A stretch of DNA of 63,409 nucleotides, filler included, from Parasitella parasitica NRRL 2501 (Eukaryota > Fungi > Mucoromycota): assembly GCA_025201805.1 (NCBI GenBank). It is 15 parts of 14 records of this genome, joined end to end, with 100 filler letters (N's around TTAATTAATTAA, not from the genome) between each part and the next. Parts side by side here need not be neighbours in the genome. Positions count along the whole stretch, not along the records: positions 1 to 2,284 come from MU619458.1; positions 2,385 to 4,041 come from MU619346.1; positions 4,142 to 5,778 come from MU619277.1; positions 5,879 to 7,400 come from MU619352.1; positions 7,501 to 20,544 come from MU619347.1; 10 more parts are not named here. One strand, given 5' to 3'. The translations under genes and the position numbers were made by a program. Position 1 is the first letter of the stretch. Each line of letters starts with the position of its first letter. Below are positions 1 through 10,601 of the stretch, in pieces. The notes below the pieces were generated by a model. That model made no database searches and was not told the DNA's origin. It worked only from the letters and a program-made list of their open reading frames with translations.

Positions 1-1498
1 TAATTAGCCGATGCTCCCGAATCAATCAACACCGAACAAACAGAACCATTCACCAAAGCACGACATAAAGGCAGTTTAGTATTAATTTCACCAGCATTTA
101 ATACAAACTGAACATCCTTTTGTATCATACAATCATCAATCAGTAGAGGTTCAACATAAGACTTTGAAGTAGGTAGTACACAATACAGGTAAAAGGAAGA
201 ATCAATGGCTTTATTTTCAGAAATATGATCATTATAATCATCAGAAACTTCACGCTCTTCCAAGAATGCTAATTGGGAGCGCTTTTCTGAAGGACAATCC
301 CTTTGAAAGTGCCCAAAACCTTCGCAATTATAACATTGTATATTGGTATGAGACGAACCACGACCACCAGAACTATTATCATTTCTAGCACTACAATTTG
401 GATGGCCACCATGGCCACACCATGACCACGAAGACCTTTGAATCCCCCACGGGAACCACCACGACCTCGGTAACCACTACGACCATGAGAACCACCACGA
501 CCAGACGAATGCCAAGAGCGCATGTAGTTAAGCAGCTCCTTGGACTCCGCGACTGACAAATCCATGGGATCATCCACCTGATAATCCATTCCAAGAGAAG
601 ATGCCTTCCGAACCGAAGATACACCATCTAAACGATTGCCTTCATAAATGTGCGCAGCCGGAATCACCTCGCTCAGGATCGGATTCTCCATGTCAACATG
701 ATCCTTGATACTGACTCTAGCTGCCGAGTCCTTCAAACCAGCATTAAATTTATCGACGGCTTCCTCATCCGTCATGCGTGGAATACTCAACTTGATGGTC
801 ATGAAGTCTTGTACGTATTGTGTAATAGTTGACAATTGCTTTAAGCTACGCATCCTGTCTCGTGCTACGGAAACCGAGTTATCAGGCTTAAAGTAAGCAC
901 GCAACTCCGTTTTTAGTTGTAACCAGTTATCCGGAGCAGAATTCAACAATCGCAGGTTTTGATACAATATTTTTGCGGCACCCGTAATAAGTAATGTTAC
1001 ACCCAATTTAGCTGACTTGATGTGATCGAGACTCTTGAGATCCGAGTAATAATCTATGGATATAATCCATGCTTCAATTGTGTGAGGATCTCTGGAACCA
1101 TCATATTTGCGAGGTTTTCCAACGAAATCAAAAGCATCATCTGTATGCTTCTTCGAAAGTATCACCTCTTTCAAAATTTCAGCGATTTTTAAGATATCAC
1201 TGTTGTTGCCTGCTTCACCAGCAGATAAAGATTCACCTTTGTTCATTTTGTTGTTGTTGAGTGATCCTGGTTCAAAAAATTTACGTGCCAATTCACTTGC
1301 TAACTTGTGCCAATGTTCTTCTCTTTTTATTGTTGATGTCAATCTTTCTTCTTTAGTAAATTGACCACTTTTTGTCTTTCTTAATTTGCTGTTATAATAA
1401 CCAATATCGTCTTGATATTTAAGTTGTTTGATGACCTTCTCTTCAATTTCAAATTGGTTTTTTAACTTCTTGAGGTCTTCTTCAGTTATATTTGACAT
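1..1498 (-). mobile_element. Ty3/gypsy gag-protease (frameshifted near 418, runs off the window edge)
   Basis: ORF 269..1498 has a retrotransposon Gag capsid region (PRKYDGSRD...ELRAYFKP...LKQLSTITQYVQDF) and an RGG tract. After a frame change near 418 my translation gives a CYNCEGFGHFQRDC zinc knuckle and the aspartic protease motif LIDSGASAN at the edge. Confidence 0.85.
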
Positions 1499-1540
1499 TC
1501 ACCAATCACTTGAATAAAATAAAAAAAACGATCAATTGGT

Positions 1541-1553
1541 TCAGATGCTACCA
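1541..1553 (-). promoter_or_regulatory. Primer-binding site (TGGTAGCATC, initiator tRNA-Met type)
   Basis: TGGTAGC lies 2 nt inside the LTR end on the gag strand; complementary to a ...GCUACCA tRNA 3' end. Confidence 0.7.
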
Positions 1554-1555
1554 AA

Positions 1556-1709
1556 TGTCGTGTGCAGATAAATATGTTTTAGAGTAGATTTATGAGGAAG
1601 TATGTAAAATGTTATATATGAGATAAAAGATACCTTTATTATTTTAAGATACAATTGATATTTATATACTAATTAAAATGGTTACACACAAGTCTGTGAG
1701 CAACTGACA
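1556..1709 (-). repeat. 5' LTR, family A (154 bp)
   Basis: TG...CA termini (TGTCG/TGACA on +), adjacent PBS, near-identical interrupted copy at 20916-22734. Confidence 0.85.
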
Positions 1710-1747
1710 CGCTAAACACACTACATCTGCAAAAAATGTAAAAAGAA

Positions 1748-1831
1748 TCCGGTTTACAAGATTCGAACTAGTGACCTAGAGATGTCGATTTTCACTACAG
1801 TCTCCCGCTCTACCAACTGAGCTAAAACCGG
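1748..1831 (-). tRNA. tRNA-Tyr(GTA) with ~11-nt intron
   Basis: Minus strand CCGGTTT-TAGCTCAGTTGGTAGAGC-GGGAGA-CTGTAG[tgaaaatcgac]A-TCTCT-AGGTC-ACTAG-TTCGAAT-CTTGT-AAACCGG-A folds as a cloverleaf; one T-T mismatch in the T-stem. Confidence 0.9.
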
Positions 1832-2276
1832 AAGGGTTGTAGAATGTCTCAGTCGGTAGAGCGTTCAACGGAATGCGCTGAGCAAGCCTTAATATACCTA
1901 AGGACGTTGGTTCGAATCCCACCTTCTCCCCTTTCCGTGAATCTACCTCACATGAATCGCTACTCACACCACGTTCCATCGGTATGATCAAGCTTGTTTA
2001 GGCGTGCTGCGGTTCGTCTAGCCGGCAATGGCCCAGTGTCTAGTTCGCTTTCCCCCGTCTTGCGGGTAAGGTCTTACCATAGTCTCTCTCACTTGTCTCC
2101 CATTTCGCATTTGGGTTTTAATGCCGTTCTGATTATGGGTCCAGTACCCCTCACAGCTCCCCAACTAACCAATAATCAAAAATATGCTTTTCCCCATCGT
2201 ATCCTCATAGTATAGCAATTAATGACCAAATCTGTCGCATGCATTAAATACTAATAAAAATCAAATAAGTTTTCGC
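1832..2276 (+). mobile_element. tRNA-derived SINE (~445 bp)
   Basis: A-box-like TGTCTCAGTCGG (1845-1856) and B box GGTTCGAATCC (1909-1919), no valid cloverleaf, unique body, 3' tail homologous to 37545-37615, followed by CTGAGCTA (2277-2284) repeating 1817-1824. Confidence 0.75.
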
Positions 2277-2284
2277 CTGAGCTA

Positions 2285-2384
2285 NNNNNNNNNNNNNNNN
2301 NNNNNNNNNNNNNNNNNNNNNNNNNNNNTTAATTAATTAANNNNNNNNNNNNNNNNNNNNNNNNNNNNNNNNNNNNNNNNNNNN
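2285..2384. other. Artificial contig spacer (N44-TTAATTAATTAA-N44)
   Basis: Six-frame stop linker. Also at 4042-4141, 5779-5878, 7401-7500, ~20545-20644, 28671-28770, 30445-30544, 36501-36600, 38684-38783, 42111-42210, 43905-44004, 49581-49680, 51595-51694, 62216-62315. Confidence 0.98.
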
Positions 2385-2964
2385 ATGTACTATTAATATA
2401 GACTGGATAAGACTATACATGGAATGATATACACGCTTATGGATCGATATTAATAATCTTCGCATAGAAGATTGATCAGGGTACTACCTCGGGTAAAGTC
2501 TATCTCCTCACTCAAATAGATTTAAGTTATCTTGAGTCTGCTGATATGTAGGTTAGCACAAAGTTATGATGCTAGTTACGCAGTATTGTCGTACATGTTA
2601 AATTGCGAGAATAGAACATTTATCCACAGTTTAAGTATATAAAGGTTCATCTACCTGGCCAGTAGATGAACTGGAGCTTTATACACCTGTCGATTTGATA
2701 ATAAAACCTATACCTTATCAAGTTGACTTTATTGTTTTTTTTATTACAATTTTTTTCCGTGAATCCATATAACATTTTATACCGATTCCACAGTATATCT
2801 ATTTCGTATATTAAAACACACTCCAGCGTTTACCGACATCTGTTTACTGCAGAAAAAATAAAATAATGATGTTGATATTTGCATCAAGGTTCTCATTGGA
2901 AAATCCATATATAATGTAATCAGATGAAATCAAAAAATCACATATCAACATTGCATATAACGCT

Positions 2965-3095
2965 GATAGGCTCCGATAAACAGCAAAATAAACACTGTCT
3001 TATGCATCATAAGAACAGGCATAATCATCGCTATCCGAGCATATTTTGTTTTTCACTGGGTGATGTCTCTATCAAAAGTTATTTGCAAAAACAAA
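2965..3095 (+). repeat. Dispersed non-coding repeat, probable DNA-transposon subterminal sequence
   Basis: Closely matches the reverse complement of ~51900-52028 (AAATAAACACTGTCTTATGC...TCTCTATCAAAAGTTAT). Confidence 0.75.
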
Positions 3096-3706
3096 TTTAT
3101 TTTGCATTTTTGATTTGCCAGTGGCAAAATTTTTTGGTTTTCGGTGTTTTAATTTTTAAACCCCGCATCTTCAGAATTTGCTTTGTTAGTTCCTGTATTT
3201 CGTATCTATAATTGCTTCTGCTATAAGGTCTTTTTTTTGTTGCAGAGGATTGTATGAGAGTAAAATCAGATACTAAAACTAACAATCCACTACTGCCGAA
3301 GTAGTCAGTATTCCCATGGGTATAATAATATGCACAAATGGGCATAATAAAAAAAAATTGGGCACATTAAGCTGTTCAAATGTGCATAGCAAGATGATCG
3401 AGGTTTTTAACGTAATTTATCAAAGTAACTAGATTGCGATGTAATCACTAGTTGTGATAGCTTGGGTGATTTAAGGAATACACGAGTTAATTATGAAGTC
3501 ATTGCGACCTCTCATTGTCGAGATATATCAATTGTGATTTTATTAAATGGAAGTATTATGCACATGTGCATCTTAAAGTGGCCTAATAATGACGGTGATA
3601 ATAAGCCTCAGCTCGTATAAATTACAAAAAAATATCATACTGCGTATGTTCTGTTTTTTTTTTTATTAACAAAATGAAATAAGGTAAGCTATAAATTAAC
3701 GATGTT

Positions 3707-4041
3707 TGATTTATCAGAATGAGAAATTATTCAAATAAAAAGGTTGTGAATTAATCAGGTAAAGATCTCGTTTATTACATGGAAAAAATTGATTTATCAG
3801 AATGAGAAATTATTCAAATAAAACGGTTGTGAATTAATCAGGTAAAGATCTCGTTTATTACATGGAAAAAATGATGGTTTATATACTAGTGAATCTAAGT
3901 GGACTGATGAGAGGATAAGATACAAGTGTGAGACATGGTGTGATTTAGAGAATGGAACGATAGATCGTATCTATTATCCATGAACATGTCATGTTGAGTT
4001 ATAAATAAGGAACATGATCCATTGGGATCTGTTCCTGAATT
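3707..4041. repeat. LTR family E-like sequence with an 83-bp tandem duplication
   Basis: 3707-3789 is repeated at 3790-3872; both units begin TGATTTATCAGAA like the solo LTR at 6284-6538. Confidence 0.65.
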
Positions 4042-4141
4042 NNNNNNNNNNNNNNNNNNNNNNNNNNNNNNNNNNNNNNNNNNNNTTAATTAATTAANNN
4101 NNNNNNNNNNNNNNNNNNNNNNNNNNNNNNNNNNNNNNNNN

Positions 4142-5778
4142 ATGTTTGAAAACTTTTTATTTAAAATAGTTTTATTTATGATACTAATGTCTGAACCAGG
4201 GTCCACTTTTCCTATGATACGGGTATCATTAATAAGCAAAGGAGTTATTAGATTAAATTCATTTTTTCTTTTTGCAATTGTAGACTTACAATCTTTGTCT
4301 TCCATAGCCTCTCGGAAGAGGTTGCTTTCATTAGCAGAGCCGGAACTCCTGCTTTTGCCGTTGCGGGAACGACGACGTTTGCCCTGACCATTGGGGCGAT
4401 TTTGGTAGGGATGTGATCCAGACGACTGGACAGAATTGACCTTGAAGGATGCCTTCATGGCCAGATACTCGGGGCATTCGTGGCCATGGAACCAGGTCTT
4501 ACCACACCACTTACAGAAGGTGTTTCCAGAAGCCTTCTTCGGTACGTTTGACCTATCAACACGTCTTGAGGTTGATGCTCCCTTATTTAATCGACAATCC
4601 TTTTCGTTGTGGCGAGCTTGAGCACCACCATGATTCGAGCAAAAGAAACTAGTAGGTGACGAGCCAGCAGGGGAGGAGAATCCAGCTGTGGACGATTTTG
4701 GAGAAACACCGCCGCCACGAGAAGCACCACCTTTCTTGATGCTGATGAATGAAATAGGGCACTTTTGTCCATTGAGTATGTTGAGAGCGCACGTTACGAT
4801 TTGATTTGCTGTGAAATCAGATTGGCCAGGATATTGGGCACAGAGAACCGAATTGATTTGAATCTGCCACGAGGCAGGAAAACCCAAAAGAAAAGTATCA
4901 CCCAATGTGGTATCCTCAGAAGAATATCCGGCTTCGAGCATGGCACGAGCAAAGCGATTGTAGTATTCTTCTGTCGTTTCTCCAGGTTTCATGGTAGCGG
5001 TTTGTACCTCTCGACGAGCATCCAATCTTAAGGCAGCATTATTAAATTTCTTTGTAAACAGGTCCTTTGCAGCAGACCAAGTACCAGCCTTCAACAACTC
5101 TTGGTTCAACCACAAATCCAAATCGTACGGAATGGTTAACGGAATGTACCGACGCCAAACATCTTCAACAGATTTGCCAGATGACAGGATAACCTTCTCG
5201 AAGGACCTCAAAAAATGGTGGATGGAATCATATGTCAATTCGTTTGGAAAGTACTTGGTTGCACTTGAACGCAATTGGAACTTTGGAAGGTCTTGCTTGG
5301 ACAGAGAAATTCCTTCATTGTCTCCAGACAATGCAGAGGTAACATTTGCTTCAGATAGCTTGGCAGATGATTTTAATGTAAAGATTAACTTGTTCATCCC
5401 CTCGACTTTTGCACGCATTTCCGAAATATGATTTTGCCCTTGCTCGTTATCAAGATCAGTACCTTCAATCATGTCAATGAGCAACCCGATATATTGATCC
5501 CTCTGGTGCAATAACTTCTTTACAGCGTCAATTGGATTGGAGGAGACCATGGAGATGGAAGAAGTAATTGATGAGGCAGAGTCAGGAGCTGATATAACTG
5601 GGGGAGCCTGAGGCATGTCTTCGTCTTGAAGATTGAGGTGCACTTCGCGCATACCAATCTCCACTTGAGTCAGAGAAGGGTCACCGGCAATTCCAGGAGC
5701 AGAAATGGGAACGGTTGGCTGAAGTGGAGCTTCAACAGCAGAACCTTCGATAGGTGAGTTAGCACCAGGGACAGCAGC
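4142..5778 (-). mobile_element. Ty3/gypsy gag-protease (partial, open across the whole contig)
   Basis: Gag capsid-like region (MKPGETTEEYYNRF), Cys/His knuckles (CSNH..HNEKDC; CKWCGKTWFHGHEC), protease-like motif IIGKVDPGSDISII. Confidence 0.85.
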
Positions 5779-5878
5779 NNNNNNNNNNNNNNNNNNNNNN
5801 NNNNNNNNNNNNNNNNNNNNNNTTAATTAATTAANNNNNNNNNNNNNNNNNNNNNNNNNNNNNNNNNNNNNNNNNNNN

Positions 5879-6022
5879 TATATTTTAGTATAAATAGAGA
5901 TCATATCTTATGTCAATAAAAGTCTTCAGTTTTGTATCTGGTTTTATTCAGAAAGTCTTTATTACTTTACACAAATCTTATTTACATAACATTACGCTGC
6001 GCCCTTTGACACTGGCACAACA
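5879..6022 (+). repeat. Partial LTR, family B
   Basis: Reverse complement of 21216-21360; contains TATAAATA and AATAAA and ends CAACA. Confidence 0.8.
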
Positions 6023-6246
6023 AGCTAATCGTTATAAATGTGAATCGTTCATTGATAAGTTGAGCTTCGCAATTTAGAATAGGTAGAACCCAAATAGATG
6101 GTTTCTTATACAAGACATTCTATTGAATACTTCTATTTACTAGATAGAATAATCGATGCCATTTAACCTTAGATCCGATTAGGAACGGTTGCCATAAAAA
6201 CTGAGTTGAAATAGTGGTAACCATGGTATTCTATGGATAGAACAAA

Positions 6247-6800
6247 GATAATGCTGATAGTAATGATTCTTCGTCGTCCTCAGTGATTTATCAGAAAAGT
6301 TCAAATAGAAATTAATCAGGTGAAGATCCGTTTATTACATTCAAAAATAGAGGGTTTATATACTTCCTATGAACTGAGGGAAGCGATGTGGGGATAAAGG
6401 TTTTAGTGATGAGATCCGGGAGATAGGGTAGATTGTATCTATCCCAAATGTCATGTCATATAATTTTATGATCTGATGATTTACTTTTCAGTATGAGTTT
6501 ATATTACATTGACATCCGGTTTTAGAATTGATACATCACTCAGACGAGAGTAATCAAACCTTTGCTGTGGCTAGAATGGCCAACAAGAGCAAGAAAGCGA
6601 GAAAAGACATCTCAATGATATATATCTTGATTGTAAGCATCTCAATAGTGATTATTTTAGACAGATGCTTAGTAATAATATGAACACTAATGGCCTTCTT
6701 TATCTACCTGTTATTCTAAAATCCCAGAATGGTGTTAAAGTCAACACTTGGTTCCTGCTGGACATTGGATGCACTTTTAGTGCTATCTCCTCTCAACTGG
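6247..6800 (+). pseudogene. Degenerate gag-protease fragment, paralog of 40622-40912
   Basis: High nucleotide identity to 40622-40912; split by the solo LTR at 6284-6538. Confidence 0.85.
6284..6538. repeat. Solo LTR, family E, with CTCAG target-site duplication
   Basis: TG...CA ends flanked by CTCAG on both sides; removing it restores colinearity with ~40655. Confidence 0.85.
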
Positions 6801-7501
6801 TTGATTTTATGCGTCTTGAAACGGATATATGAGAACTGTTCGCGATATGATCGGTTTGATCAGGTGGTAATCTTTTAACTTGAGAGATTATGAATTCAGA
6901 TGTAATTAACAAGCTAAAAATTACGAAATGAATTAGAGCTATGTTAATAAACATCATCCAGTTGATCCTCTCTGTTATTATCATGTTGTAACTTACAAAT
7001 ATATAGATGCTGCCTCCTTGCTTCTTTTTTCGTCGAGTATTATATATGATCTAGTGTATCATCTCTTTTCACAATTAATGTAGGTGGTTATTTGTTATTG
7101 TCGTCACAACATAATTTATTATACTCATGCACTTTTCTTGTATATAGCAAATACCTCAGCGGCTGCTTCAATTTCAAATCGGGTAATAGCTAATCTTGCA
7201 CTGTTTTCCATCATTGCCTGTGTGAACCAAAGGCTACATAATCAAGACAATATCGTATGTAACGATATGAAATGAAACCAATAATAAATTACTGGTCCAT
7301 ACTACAAAAATTGAGAAATAAACAAAAGTTACAGCTACATTTTTATACGCAAATTTTACTTTTTTGAGCACATTTTTTTGAGTGTACGGGCACATTTTCG
7401 NNNNNNNNNNNNNNNNNNNNNNNNNNNNNNNNNNNNNNNNNNNNTTAATTAATTAANNNNNNNNNNNNNNNNNNNNNNNNNNNNNNNNNNNNNNNNNNNN
7501 T

Positions 7502-8356
7502 GATTCGCCCCGCAGAGTAGGGAGAAAGCCTGTTACTAGCGATGAGGAGGATTCGGACAACCCAAAGTCAAAAAGAAAGGCACAGAACCGAGCAGCACAG
7601 AGGGCTTTTAGGGAAAGAAAGGAAAACCACGTTCGTGTTCTTGAAGATAGGGTCAAGGAATTGGAAGAGCTGAATTTGGACAAGAACTCGAAGCTGCTGC
7701 TGGAAAACGAAAAACTGAAAGAAATGATTGCCCGTTTGCAAAATGAAAATGCAGCTCTGCTGGGATCAACCGTGTCGTTTGATAGTCCTCTGAATTCCCT
7801 CGGCGATGAAAGGCCCCAGAAGATCATCCGCCAGAACAACCTGACGGCATCACCCACTGCTAATTTCGACAGCTTGAGCAGCGGCTATTCCACATCATCG
7901 AAGAGTAGGTCAAACACACCCGAAATTCAGATCCGCCATCAGCTGACCATTGACGACATCTTGAAAAGCGACTTGCCTTCCAAGGCACTGCTTGATCATT
8001 CGGAACTGCTCAACAACGATAAATTGGATTACGGCTCACAGCTGGACGATATATTAAACCAAAACCACCTTGCGTTTGAAGCAAATCCGTCTCAGTTTGA
8101 TTTCTTTTATCCTCTCACAGCGTCAAATGACATATTAAACACTGCTGCGATTACGTTGCCGCCCGAGGGAGAAAAGGACAGGGAAATCAAGTCCATCACA
8201 AAGGTGTGGGACAAAATTTCCCAGCATCCAAGATTCGATGAGATCGACATGGATGTGCTGTGTGATGAGATGCACAAAAAGGCGACTTGCCAAGATTTTG
8301 ATCATGATAAAGAGATGGAAAAGCTTGTTGATCAATATTATCCCGCAGAAATCTAA
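7502..8356 (+). CDS. Yap1/AP-1-like bZIP transcription factor (5' partial)
   Basis: KRKAQNRAAQRAFRERKE basic region and zipper; C-terminal cysteine-rich domain DMDVLCDEMHKKATC. Confidence 0.9.
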   Translation, partial: DSPRRVGRKPVTSDEEDSDNPKSKRKAQNRAAQRAFRERKENHVRVLEDRVKELEELNLDKNSKLLLENEKLKEMIARLQNENAALLGSTVSFDSPLNSLGDERPQKIIRQNNLTASPTANFDSLSSGYSTSSKSRSNTPEIQIRHQLTIDDILKSDLPSKALLDHSELLNNDKLDYGSQLDDILNQNHLAFEANPSQFDFFYPLTASNDILNTAAITLPPEGEKDREIKSITKVWDKISQHPRFDEIDMDVLCDEMHKKATCQDFDHDKEMEKLVDQYYPAEI

Positions 8357-8549
8357 CCCACCCACCCACGCACACACACACACACACGCACACACGCACA
8401 CACACACACCCATATACACGCACACACACACACACACAGAAACTCGCTGTTCTTTTATTTGCACTGTTTTCATGTCTATTATGTATATCATTCATCGTTT
8501 ATTTCTTTCTTTATTTCAATAAAAAAAAAAAAAAAAAAAAAATAAAAAA

Positions 8550-8592
<43 letters not shown>
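8357..8592. repeat. (CA)n microsatellite and poly(A) tract
   Basis: CA-rich 8357-8438; A-run 8521-8592. Confidence 0.9.
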
Positions 8593-8594
<2 letters not shown>

Positions 8595-9980
8595 AAAGTT
8601 TACTTCAAGAACTCATCAGTGTGATTCCCATAATGATACAAGCAAGAGAAACATATGGGCTCAGTCTTTCTCCTACTCTTGCAGCCTTCCAAAACAATCC
8701 AAGCACACTATCATTACCAAGTCAGTTGAAAGATCCTCCATCCATCGAGATTTCTCGCTTACCCAGTCTTTTTTCTATCTAGTAAAGAGGGTGCTTGTGC
8801 CCTCACGTAAGTGCAGGTGCAAATCAAAAGTAAAATTACCAGCAATAACGATTGAAAGTTAAAAATGGCAGACTACAGAGAGCTATTTAGGTCACTTGTC
8901 TGCTTGAACGACTGTATTTCACTAGTTACCATTTTATATTGTGCGTCGAGCTGTGGTAAAAAAAAAACAAAGGGCAACTGGGAATATCAAACACACATTA
9001 GCGCTTTATAATGCTGGACGAGTCACATTACGACACGAAGAGAGAATGGGTTCATCATGATGAATGGCTGATAATAGATCGTTCACAGCGCGCATCTACA
9101 ACATTCAAGCACTACTAGAGTGATCATACCACCGTACACCTTGTCAAAGTCTCAAAACATTTGAGGATAATTGGCTTGACAGTTAGACGCTGAGTGATAT
9201 AAGATGTTCATTGCATTTTGAGCAAATTCGTCAATGCAAGGAAATCATGTATCGTCAGGGTTCTACAAAACACTGGTCCGGCAGCGATTGCTCCAAAAAC
9301 CATGCCCAAATATGTACTTGAATCTTATTTTTCGTATTTATACAATGTGTATATCATCAGTGAATAGCTACTGTTTGCAGAATTTTATCATCACATTAAG
9401 CAAAGCTTCAGGTCTTTATTTAACATATCTATCACCAATTCCAGTTCCTTGCGAGACTCATCGTGCAGCTTTTTAACATGCGGTTGCATTTTACGGTTGT
9501 ACAATGGTGGACTGACAGCGGATTATTACACGCAATATTGTCCCAGAAACATACAGACTTACCGAATATCATCTTTATCCTTGAAATATTTCAACTGACA
9601 CAGGTTTCTGACAATGTCATATTCAATGCCCTTTCTCAAAGAAGCATTGTTCAAAAGCATCAGTGTATTTTTCGCTACCAATATACGTTGGTTACTTTTC
9701 TTCTCCTCAAAGAAGGCGGTAGAATTTGTCATGTACAAATACCTTTGATTTCAATTTCTGGATCAGTCAAATATAGCTTATTTTCAAAGCCTTGACGGAT
9801 CAAGGATTTGACATGTCTCTTATTGACGCCATTCACAGCCGCATCTCCTGCTCTCAAGAATTGACGATACCGACTGCAGATGCTCATGTGTGGTGAATGA
9901 CAGTAGTCGCTCGGCGCAAGGCTGCAACATTTACCACTTTGAAGGGAGCTTAGACTTCGTGACTATGACATACAGCACAG

Positions 9981-9984
9981 CCAC

Positions 9985-10025
<41 letters not shown>
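9981..10025. repeat. (CA)n microsatellite
   Basis: Seen directly. Confidence 0.9.
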
Positions 10026-10028
<3 letters not shown>

Positions 10029-10601
10029 CAGCATAACGTCTAACGGGATCTATAGTATCTAGTACGTGCTGGTCATTGTCGATGGTAATAATATTATTAC
10101 GAAAAAAAAAAAAGTGCCAAGACATAACGTTGCAACAGATACGATAGTTTGAGCTTTTAAAGATACAAAAAGACTTTATAGCCGTGTCATGTTTGGCAGC
10201 CAGGATTTTAACTGGGTTAAATTGTGTTAGATGCACTCACTCTTGAACTTGCGTTTCTTTGATTCGGGTTGGCTAACTTGAACGATGTCGCAGTTTGCTT
10301 TGTTCTAAATGCTTTAAGTCGGTAATTTAATACGGGCCAATAGTAAAGCAGTTCCTGAGCGGACGTTATGATGAGGATCAAGACTATAGCTGTCAAAACT
10401 TGTATCAAACCACGCTCGTTTATTGTAAAAGGACAACGGAATACGGCAAGAAACCATTTTCTAGTTGTTCTTTTTTATTTTTATTAATATCTTCTATATC
10501 CTCAGCTACAGAAATGTCCTTGTTGCATGACCCATTGTTGCTTTTCCACAAGAAACCATAACCTCAAGTTGTGCCTATCCTTATATATCTATCTGACACC
10601 C

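Noticed and set aside
1834-1931. A second functional tRNA gene divergent from tRNA-Tyr
   Set aside because: Acceptor and anticodon arms do not pair properly; better explained as a SINE head.
2329-2340. Recurrent TTAATTAATTAA palindrome as a biological repeat
   Set aside because: Always centred in N-runs; an assembly linker, so gene order across it is meaningless.
2924-3345. Short ORFs similar to 51643..52029 as a gene family
   Set aside because: Similarity reflects a non-coding dispersed repeat; starts and ends are not conserved.
8135-8522. ORFs with CVCV/HTHT runs (also 9931..10236)
   Set aside because: Translations of (CA)n microsatellites.
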